32,817 nt of DNA, from NCBI GenBank assembly GCA_037383445.1, contig JARROY010000011.1:1-32817 (forward strand), given 5' to 3'. Below, in pieces: positions 1 through 8,800 of this stretch. The notes beneath the pieces are model-generated. The model did not search any database, was not told the DNA's origin, and saw nothing but the letters and a program-made list of their open reading frames with translations. How positions within the stretch are numbered: the stretch's first letter is position 1; each line of letters opens with the position of its first letter. This DNA comes from Anaerolineales bacterium (GTDB lineage: Bacteria; Chloroflexota; Anaerolineae; Anaerolineales; UBA11579). Position numbers and translations under genes: made by a program.

Positions 1-2
1 GC

Positions 3-152
3 GACGCGGGCGTGCTGATCCAGGGCATGGTGTCCGGGAGACGCGAGCTGATCGCGGGCCTGATGCGCGACGCCCAGTTCGGGCCGTGCGTCATGTTCGG
101 GCTGGGCGGCATATTCGCGGATGCATCCAGAAGTCCGCCTAGGGCAAGTTAA
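3..152 (+). pseudogene. Fragment of ADP-forming acetate/acyl-CoA ligase ATP-grasp (beta) domain, cut off after GGIFA; probably a chimeric contig end
   Basis: Manual translation from base 3 gives DAGVLIQGMVSGRRELIAGLMRDAQFGPCVMFGLGGIFA then DASRSPPRAS*. RDxQFGPxVMFGLGGIF is typical of this family. Bases 1-120 are 85/120 G+C, higher than the following genes appear to be. Confidence 0.75.
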
Positions 153-853
153 CGCCCCTTATAAGTAAAATCAGGAGATACCTGCCCTGCATACACCCCG
201 TGGTATTTCTCAGGCATCATAGCTGCAATTCGCAGCATAACTTCATCTGCATTCTTTTGGCGAGCTTCTCTGCGCGCTTCCCCCTTGGCAGTGATCGGTG
301 GCAGGCGGAATGGCTGGCCAATCCGCATCTCAAGATGAGGGCGTTTTTCTCTAAAAATACCTTTGAGCAAATCATCCTTGGTACCCAAAATGGCGACTGG
401 CACGACAGGCGCCTTCGCCTTGTCTACCAAATACGCCACCCCAGGTAGTGCCTGTTTCATCCCCAGTTGATGGGAACGTCCTCCTTCTGGAAAAATCATC
501 ATCGGGCGGCCAGACTCTAGCACCGATAACATTTGCTCAATTACATAGCGATCGTATTCTCCGCGATGGACCGGAATAGCCCCATAGCCTTTCACCAAGA
601 TATTCTGCCCAGGCCGGTCCCAAACATCGTGCCCGGCTACCACCTCCGGAAGCTCGGGCCAAAATGCCAGCAGTAGCGGAGGTTCAAAGAGAGAAACATG
701 GTTGGCGGCAATAATATAGGGCGTGCCTTTGGGAACATTTTTCAGACCGGAAATCCGGATACGAAATAATATCCTGAAGATTGGCCGGAAGATTCCCCTG
801 AGCAAATGTCTCTTAAAACTTAGCCAAGCAGAACCAATCCGCTGCCTTTTCAC
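149..853 (-). CDS. plsC: 1-acyl-sn-glycerol-3-phosphate (lysophospholipid) acyltransferase, PlsC family
   Basis: Motifs NHVSLFE (HxxxxD-type, with E), FPEGGRS and PVVPVAI. The GTG start overlaps the cmk stop. Confidence 0.85.
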   Translation of the reverse strand: MKRQRIGSAWLSFKRHLLRGIFRPIFRILFRIRISGLKNVPKGTPYIIAANHVSLFEPPLLLAFWPELPEVVAGHDVWDRPGQNILVKGYGAIPVHRGEYDRYVIEQMLSVLESGRPMMIFPEGGRSHQLGMKQALPGVAYLVDKAKAPVVPVAILGTKDDLLKGIFREKRPHLEMRIGQPFRLPPITAKGEARREARQKNADEVMLRIAAMMPEKYHGVYAGQVSPDFTYKGR

Positions 854-1533
854 CGGATATCCTTTTCTGCCACTAATTTGAGAATCTCTTCCAATACCTG
901 GAGGACGGTCATCTTTTCCGAATCAATTACCACTGCGTCTTCTGCTGGGCGAAGGGGAGCAACATCACGGTTTGAATCGATCTCATCCCTTTGACGCAAA
1001 ATCTCCAGCACCTGCTGATAATCCGCCACCTCGCCCCTGCTGAGGCGCTCCTGGAAGCGGCGGCGGGCACGCTCTTTCATCGAGGCATCCAAAAAAATCT
1101 TCAGGCGGGAATCGGGCATCACCACGGTTCCAATATCCCTGCCAACCATCACAACTTTTCCGCGCCGCCCAATCTCACGCTGTTTTTCTGTCAATGCACG
1201 CCGAACCCCCGGGTAGGTTGAAACCACCGATACATGAGCATCCACTTGTGGTGTGCGGATCTCCCAGGTTTTATCCTCTCCATCGATCAATATATCATTG
1301 GGACGGCCATCTGGTTTTGAAGGAGGGCGCACATCGATCTGCGTCTCTTCTGCCAACCGAGTGCAGGCTTGCTCGTCTTCTACAGGGATTCCAGCCTCTA
1401 TCGCCGCCAGGGTAATCGCCCGGTACATCACTCCGGTATCAAAAAATAGATACCCGAGATGCTCGGCTAATTTCTCTCCCACTGTAGATTTTCCCGAGGC
1501 CGCCGGGCCATCGAGGGCAATTGTTGTAACCAT
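850..1533 (-). CDS. cmk: Cytidylate kinase
   Basis: IALDGPAASGKST P-loop, DTGVMYRA, GRDIGTVVMPD, RDEIDSNRDVAPL. Confidence 0.97.
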   Translation of the reverse strand: MVTTIALDGPAASGKSTVGEKLAEHLGYLFFDTGVMYRAITLAAIEAGIPVEDEQACTRLAEETQIDVRPPSKPDGRPNDILIDGEDKTWEIRTPQVDAHVSVVSTYPGVRRALTEKQREIGRRGKVVMVGRDIGTVVMPDSRLKIFLDASMKERARRRFQERLSRGEVADYQQVLEILRQRDEIDSNRDVAPLRPAEDAVVIDSEKMTVLQVLEEILKLVAEKDIR

Positions 1534-1570
1534 CTTGGTTCCTAACTATTGATAAGAGCTGAATATCGTT

Positions 1571-3343
1571 CTATTCTGCTTGGGTGGAATTATAAAGCGG
1601 AAATAGGTCTACGCGCGTCCAAAGAACCACCCAATCTTTTACCAAAGGGGAATCCCGATAGACCAACCAGCGGTCAAAATCTTGTGGCACCGGACGTCCA
1701 TCCCAGAAGCGTTCCAGTTGTAAAGCATGATGCTGCCCGCTGTAGAACTCGCTTAATGAACCGTTTAATTCAAAACTTTGATTTAAGATAGCAGAAGGCA
1801 GCTGGTTCGGGTTGAGTACTGGCTGGTAGCTGGCATTTGGCATATTTCGCAGCAGCCAATGCACCAAAGGAGTGTCGATTTGGTACACCAAATCCACTTG
1901 GTCCTGTGTCCCGGTGATCTGCTCTGAGGCTTCTTCAATCGCCTGCATCAGCTCAGCCGCGTACCCAGAAGAAGGTCCTTCCACCCAAAGTTCACTCGCA
2001 ACTTGGGTTAAATCTGCGGTAAAACCAGACCCAGCGGTTACCAGGTAAAACACCAGGAAAATGCTTACCGACCATGCGACACCCTGGATGGAAGCCTGCT
2101 GAGACCAGCCGCGGTAGACGATAAAGGTCATCACCACGATCAATACCGGGATTAAGAATGTTACCAGCAAGCGCACCGCATACACTTTGGTATTAGCATC
2201 CAGCGACGCAAAATCCAACAGGTTAACCCCCGACTGGAAGAATAAACCATAATTGGTGGTCAATTTAGAAAGGTTGAACCACCAGTAGGCCAGCAAAACC
2301 AGGTAAAAGGCTGTTTCACCCCACACCCACAACCTGTCTTCCTGGGCTGGGGTATGGACAAAGCGGTCAAGAATTGTCCCCGCCAATAGCCATAGGGGAA
2401 TCAATGCCCAAACGGTCATCCAAATCTGGCGTCCCGGGTTGGCCAACATTAATAACAGTGCCGCTAAAAAGGCGCACATCAGAAAAACAAGCTGCGGTTG
2501 ATTGAAGTTCCGCCGCTCAAAGAAGACCAGCAAACCAAACAGCAAAGCCAGAGGTTGGTAGATCGGGAACGCCAGCAAAGCCTGGGCCAATGGGACACCT
2601 TGGGCGCCGCCGCCTCCACCGAACCAATTAACAAAATAGTCTGGGACCGCCTGTAGCATAAACGATAGCCCTTCCGGATAAAGCATGAACAAAGTACCAA
2701 AGGCTGCCAGACAAACCAGCACGCCTATCCCCACCGGGCGTAGTTGGTCTTTTTCCAGCGTAAGAGAGATTCGGTATCCACCGACAAATGAGAACAGCCC
2801 CCAGCTAATAAGCATCACCAATATCCCAAACACCAATGATGGCCCAGAAAGCAGCATCAATCCCCAAAAAATTCCCGCTGCCAGCGTGTGGCTGCGCTGC
2901 CAGAAAAACCATCCGAGTGCCAGAAAGCCCAATGCCATCATCGGACTGCCGGCTTGCCGGGAAAACGCAATCAGCAGTGGATCCAACGCCAGACCAAACG
3001 CGGCGATTAGGGCAGCCTTTCGCCCCAATTGATCGCGCAGAAGATAGGGAAACAAGATGACAGCACTCCCAACCAAAACCGGCAGCAATCTCGCCAGCAC
3101 TTCCCCACTACCAAAAACAATGAATAACAATCCGGTTAGCAAAACATAGGCCGGGTGATTAGCAATTCCAACCGGCTGGCCCTGAGAGACCTGGTAAGCC
3201 TGCCAGGCATAACCGGCTTCATGGGCAGTCAGCATCAAGCGTCCCAATAAAATCAGACGCACCAGCAGAGCGAGCCCCAAAGCCACCAGATACAATCCGT
3301 CTTCAATCCGGATCGACTTATCTTGTCTTACACTGAGATCCAA
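1571..3343 (-). CDS. Polytopic membrane protein, GT-C (PMT/ArnT)-like; resembles the TIGR03663/Agl23 family
   Basis: N-terminal TM helix then RLxxLG...HEAxxA loop, P-x-Y...F, ARLLPxLxG, many hydrophobic helices and a soluble C-terminal region. TTG start overlaps the upstream YYY gene by 16 bp. Confidence 0.6.
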   Translation of the reverse strand: MDLSVRQDKSIRIEDGLYLVALGLALLVRLILLGRLMLTAHEAGYAWQAYQVSQGQPVGIANHPAYVLLTGLLFIVFGSGEVLARLLPVLVGSAVILFPYLLRDQLGRKAALIAAFGLALDPLLIAFSRQAGSPMMALGFLALGWFFWQRSHTLAAGIFWGLMLLSGPSLVFGILVMLISWGLFSFVGGYRISLTLEKDQLRPVGIGVLVCLAAFGTLFMLYPEGLSFMLQAVPDYFVNWFGGGGGAQGVPLAQALLAFPIYQPLALLFGLLVFFERRNFNQPQLVFLMCAFLAALLLMLANPGRQIWMTVWALIPLWLLAGTILDRFVHTPAQEDRLWVWGETAFYLVLLAYWWFNLSKLTTNYGLFFQSGVNLLDFASLDANTKVYAVRLLVTFLIPVLIVVMTFIVYRGWSQQASIQGVAWSVSIFLVFYLVTAGSGFTADLTQVASELWVEGPSSGYAAELMQAIEEASEQITGTQDQVDLVYQIDTPLVHWLLRNMPNASYQPVLNPNQLPSAILNQSFELNGSLSEFYSGQHHALQLERFWDGRPVPQDFDRWLVYRDSPLVKDWVVLWTRVDLFPLYNSTQAE

Positions 3344-5844
3344 TCATCTAACACCTCAACCTGGTAAATCGTTACAGACCCTTGCTGAAAGGCTATCGTC
3401 AGGTTGATAGCGAACTTGTCTTCATAGACGTCATAGGTGGTTCGCTCTAAGTTCCCTACCACGATATAGACAACATGATAACGCTCAATGATCTGAGCAG
3501 CTTCCGACCAATTTCTGACTGAATATAGCCGCGCAATGTCATCTTTGCGCGTTCCCATCTCCTCACCTCCCCCTCGCCACTGCCCTTCATGTCCGGTCCA
3601 ACCCAATAAAGCGGGTTGACCGCTGTTCATTGAAATTCTGGCATATTGAGAATAGCTGCCTCCGGTTGGATGGACCGCTTCTACCAGATTCCCGAGCGGA
3701 ACCTGCTTTAACCACGCCACAGCGGCTTGCTCATCGGGGTTGAGATAATAAGTATTCGCCGCGCCATCTAATTCCAAGGCAGGTTCTGTCTGCGCCTGAA
3801 AAGAGGAGAGTCTGGTTTGCAGTGCCATGGTGGGATAAGTCAGCCCGACAAACATCACCACCACCAGGACCAGCATCACCACTCCTGCAAGAACTCTCCT
3901 GGTTTTTATGGTTGACAGCATCACAGCCATGCCATATGCTGCCACCAGCGCCCAAAGAATCCAGGCCTGGTAATAGAATTTAAAAATCGTGTTCATCCGG
4001 CTGCCGAACAGATCTCGCAAGTAGAAAAATTCGGGGATCAAAACCAAAGCGGCACCCACCACGACCAATGCAGCGGCAAAACGGTGGCTTTCCGGCATTC
4101 GATCCTCGGAAATTACCGATTCCTCATCTTCCTGGCCGGCTGCAGGCCACACCGCGGCCAAAGCAACACCTAAAAGAGAGACCAGTGTTACCGCACTGAG
4201 GAGAGTAGAAGCCCGCCGTGAAAGTCCTTCCCCCAGCAAGGCAGACAAGCTATCCACGCCATACATTCCTAAAAATTGGGTGGGCACTTCATTCAGGGGT
4301 CCGAACGGGAGACCTCTTCCAAGCAGTATCGTGAACAAGATCGATAAACCCCATAAAGACAACCCGGCCATTAGAGCAAGCACCAAGCCCTTAATTAAAT
4401 TATTCAGCTTGCCGCGCTTGAGCACCTGGTAAAACAAAAACACCAGCAGCGGAACGAACAATGTGCCAAACATGATCCACAGATGAACCCCTCGGGTTGG
4501 GTTGATCACATTCGGCAGAATGCCGCCTGCCTGTGAAGAGAAACTGATATAGAACGGCAGGTAGGCCAATACACCACCCAGACCGAAAGCGATGACCAAG
4601 ACAAAGAACTCATACAGCCGGATGCGTGACCAGCCCACCATATCCACCTTTTTCAGCAGGTGCACTCCGGCAAAAATGACCACATACCACGGAAAATCCC
4701 ACAGGTTGAGGAATCCCAGCGCTCCAAACACGAATACGCCCAGGATGAACATGCGCGGACTGAAATTGAATTCCAACTGGAAAAGCCTGAAGCGATCACC
4801 TTCTGCTGGTTGGCTCAGGAACAAATTTAAACTGAGGGTCAGGGCGATAAAGACAAACGGAAACACCAACACATGCGGATGCAGATCGCCGAGGTAGAAA
4901 GAGAAAAACGGGAACTCGTCGATCACTTCCTGGAAATCACCAAAGAAATTGTAATCCGCCACCACGCGGGAAGCCCGCCACCACCACCAGTGGCGCAGTT
5001 GGCCTGGCATCGTATTCCCCGGAGGAGGAAGCCGCAGGTTTTCAAGATTAATCCACTGCCAGAAAGCTGATGACCACACTCCCTGGCTGTTTTGCTGCCA
5101 GAAGGCACCCCGGCCGTGAATAAATTCCAGGAAACCTTCCACATTGCTGATGATCAGGACAAACAAAGGACCAAGAATAGGAAGGGCAGCCAAACTTTTC
5201 TTCCCTGCTGGTTTATAAGCCGCCAGCAGGTTGTACACAATACCATAGGAGCCAATGACCGCCAGGGCAAATACCATCGATAAGCCAAGGTTGAAGCCGA
5301 TCCCGCTGCTGACCCCGCTGAACTTTGTCAGCATCCCGACCATCACGTAGCCAAAGTAGTAATAGGAGATGGCATAATCCGCCAGACAGGGATCAAGCGG
5401 AGGCATCGTCTCTGAGCGCAGAAAGGCGTTGATGAAGGCAAACTCCATTGGCTTTTCCGTCCCGAAAATAGCCGGGTCCATACCCCGCATCAGAAGCAGA
5501 AAAACAAACCCCAGTAAAAAGAGCAGCTCGGTTGTCAGGATCATGGGTCGGTTTTCGGCCAGCCAGGATTTAAACCCTTGCATATCGATCCGCCGCCAAG
5601 CCCACCAACCAGCACCCAACAGGATCACAAACGGCACCAAGTAGCCACCAGCGGAATTGGTCAGCACGCCGAAAGTGCTCCCCAGCCAGAAGAGGTATCC
5701 CCACACGAGCAAACCAAACGCCCGGCTGATGGTATACCCTCGATCTCGGATTGCCGGGAAGAACGAGTAAACCAGCGGGAAGCTTATCGCTCCCAAAACG
5801 CTTACAATCAGATACCAGCTAATTGGACCTAACCACATACTCAT
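3328..5844 (-). CDS. DUF2298 / Chlor_Arch_YYY (TIGR03662-type) membrane protein
   Basis: GTEKPMEFAF, ISYYYFGY, WWWWRASRV, IDEFPFFSFYLGDLHPH, NLWDFP, RMNTIFKFYYQAW, LDG, GWTGHEGQWR. Confidence 0.9.
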   Translation of the reverse strand: MSMWLGPISWYLIVSVLGAISFPLVYSFFPAIRDRGYTISRAFGLLVWGYLFWLGSTFGVLTNSAGGYLVPFVILLGAGWWAWRRIDMQGFKSWLAENRPMILTTELLFLLGFVFLLLMRGMDPAIFGTEKPMEFAFINAFLRSETMPPLDPCLADYAISYYYFGYVMVGMLTKFSGVSSGIGFNLGLSMVFALAVIGSYGIVYNLLAAYKPAGKKSLAALPILGPLFVLIISNVEGFLEFIHGRGAFWQQNSQGVWSSAFWQWINLENLRLPPPGNTMPGQLRHWWWWRASRVVADYNFFGDFQEVIDEFPFFSFYLGDLHPHVLVFPFVFIALTLSLNLFLSQPAEGDRFRLFQLEFNFSPRMFILGVFVFGALGFLNLWDFPWYVVIFAGVHLLKKVDMVGWSRIRLYEFFVLVIAFGLGGVLAYLPFYISFSSQAGGILPNVINPTRGVHLWIMFGTLFVPLLVFLFYQVLKRGKLNNLIKGLVLALMAGLSLWGLSILFTILLGRGLPFGPLNEVPTQFLGMYGVDSLSALLGEGLSRRASTLLSAVTLVSLLGVALAAVWPAAGQEDEESVISEDRMPESHRFAAALVVVGAALVLIPEFFYLRDLFGSRMNTIFKFYYQAWILWALVAAYGMAVMLSTIKTRRVLAGVVMLVLVVVMFVGLTYPTMALQTRLSSFQAQTEPALELDGAANTYYLNPDEQAAVAWLKQVPLGNLVEAVHPTGGSYSQYARISMNSGQPALLGWTGHEGQWRGGGEEMGTRKDDIARLYSVRNWSEAAQIIERYHVVYIVVGNLERTTYDVYEDKFAINLTIAFQQGSVTIYQVEVLDDWISV

Positions 5845-5847
5845 CTC

Positions 5848-8800
5848 CTACCGGCTTTCACCTAAACCAGTAACTGAATCGGACACTTTGTAAATGACGG
5901 TCTGTCCATCCCGGTAGACCTCCTGCCACATATCCCCGTTCAACCGTTCAAATTTATCCAAACCAATTCCAGGATAATTGTTGCGTTCTAACTGGCCTAC
6001 CACGATGTATTCCACGTGATATTGGCGCAGGAATTCCCTGGCAAGTTGTTCATCGTCCATTAAGTAAAATAATTGGATAGCATCTCTCCGGCTGGCAATT
6101 TCGGAAACGGGACTAAACCCTCTTTGCTGGGTTTGGTGCCAATCCCAGCCCAACACGGATGGCAGTCCGGTATAGATGCTGAACCGCGATCCCCAGCGGT
6201 ACAAAGGCGTGTTGGCTTCAACAATCACCGGCGTACCCTGGATATTTTCCTGCATCCAGCGGATGGCGCGGTAGTCCTCAGATAGATCCACTACGCCCCC
6301 TTCGTCAGGATACTCCGAGGTACGCATAAAAGCCATCCCATCAAGGGTATGCGGTGCATCCTCGGACATGCGGTCCTTGATCTTTGCCGTTGTGGCAGTC
6401 AGCGGGAACATCACCGCACCCAGCACCAGCATCGCCAGTCCAATCCGCCACACGGATTGCCAGGAAACGCTCCATCCCCGCAGTTCCCCGATCGTCCAGC
6501 TTAACGCCGCCCCACTGCTGACCGCAAACAGCACCCAGGCCTGGAGATAAAACTTGAAGACCGTATTCATCCGCCCGATGTCCCCAGACAGCACAATCAC
6601 TTCAACCAGGATCGACAGGAAGAGAGCCGTCCCTACCATAAACAAAACCATCCGCTTGCTGTCTTGCATTCCCGGGCGCAGCAGCAACAGCGCCGCCCAG
6701 ATGGCCAGCGGAATTGCCAGCAGGTGAATGCGGGCCCTCAAGAACACCATCAGCCCGGCCATCACCACCAGTGCCAGGGCAACCCCACCCCACAGCCAAT
6801 TACGGTAGGGCTTTAACTTATTGAGTGCAGAAAGCGGGGTAGCCGCCATCCATTGGCGGGTCTCCCACCCCATCCAAAAGACCAGGATAAAGAGGAATAA
6901 GCCCCAATGAACCAGGTATGAGGACAGCGGGGTATGGGTGCCTTTCCAAATCGAGATTTCGCTGTAGGGCAAGCCGTACCAGTGTGCGAATGGCTGGTAG
7001 AGCAAGAAGGTCAGCCCTACCAATCCCACCACTGCCGCCCCTGCCTGTAGAATGCGCGCAAACACAGGCGGCACACGATCTGCCAGCCATTTTGAGGCAG
7101 AACCATACCGCATCATCGCATAGATCACAGCTACGACTCCCAAGGCCAAGTAGGTGGGCAGGTCCCAGGTATTTGTTGGGCGCAGCACCCCGATCGAGAT
7201 CCCGGCAAAGACAAAACTCCAAACGATCTGCCAGCGACTAGCCCCCTTCCAGGCTTTCGAAAACACTACGGAAAAAGCCCAGGCCAGCGCCAGGAACACC
7301 AGAGCCAAGGCCATAAAGTGAGCATGCAGGTCGGCATAGATCGTGGTGAACCAGGGGAATTCGTTGATCGGCTCGGGCTCATTTAATGCCGGGATGACCC
7401 GGCTGGGCTGCCAGTAATACTCCGCTATACCAAACGGGAGGCCGATCCCTCTCAGCATCTGGCCAAAGCCCTGAAAAGTCCAGCTCAGCTTGGTGAAAAA
7501 ACCAATCTCCCTGGTATACGCATCCTGAGCCGCCAGCCGCTGCATGCCTTCAACAATCAATTTAACCGTACCCAAATTGCCCAAAACCGCGGTGAGCAGA
7601 GCAGCCGAGATCCCGGCAACCCATGTGGGAACCTTCAGTCTGGAGTTTGGTGCCTCAGTTTGCGGCTGGTTTTGCTTCCAAACCTGGTACAGGTTCCAGG
7701 CTGCCGAATACGCCCCCGCGGCAATCATGGCAAGAATGGTTGGCAGGACAATATTGTATGCCACCGCCGGCACAATCCCCAGCATCTTCACCAGGGTGCC
7801 GACAAACACAAACCCGAAATAATAATAGTTGATGTAACCCCCGGCATACCAGGGATCATAAGCCGGGAAAGAAACCGTTTTTAAGATGGCATTGAAATAA
7901 GCAAAATCCATCGGTTTTTCGCCGCCCTTGAACGGATGCCAGAGGTCAGGGTTACCGTATCTCACCAGCAGCACCAGGAGGAAAGCCCCCAAGAAAACCA
8001 GTTCTGCGGCCAGATATTTGCGCCAATGGGTGCGCCATGTCTCCACCAGCCACTTACGCTGAACGACCGCCTGCCAAACTCCCAATGTCACCAGCAGCAC
8101 ATAGACCACCAGGATTGCCTGCCGGGTGTAGGGGATGCCCAGCGAACCCGCCAACCAGCTTAAATAGGCCAGCAGAAGCATCGCGGCTGTGCGGACCAGT
8201 GGAAATCCATGGTCCGGCAGGCCAGGCAGCGCCCGGCGCACCAACGGAAATACTGCCCACCCCAGCAAAGAAAGCGTAAGATACCATACGGCTACCGCCC
8301 CCAACCCCGAACGGTTGTACCAAGCACTGGTATCAAACAATTCAGACCAGGTGCCGGCCTGACGCTGCCGCTCTTGCGCTTCCTCAGAAAGCAGCAAGGA
8401 TTTGAAGTTGCTGGCCTGTTTGGGTGTGAGCCGGATGACAGTCTCAAAATCCACCGCACTGAGAATCTCGGTCACCTTAGATTGGTCATAATCAGACTGT
8501 TTTTGAAAGACAAATACCTTCGGGTGATCGTATACCGTAAATGCTTCCTCGGCAAACTGGTCGTTGATCTTGAGCTGGCCAAGAGTTGGGTCCGATTGGA
8601 AGGTTTTGATTAGTTCAAACCCCAGGTTGCCCTCAAACATGCCGGGGTTCGCCACGTTGTAGCACCATTCAATCGTGCGCTCCTCGGGGCAGCCGAGCAG
8701 ATTGCGGTAATAAACTACATCTAACGGATACCTCTCCGGGATGCGGGTAGTGCTGGCCCACTGCCGGCTGGAAGAGATGGTGATATATTCAGACACTTCT

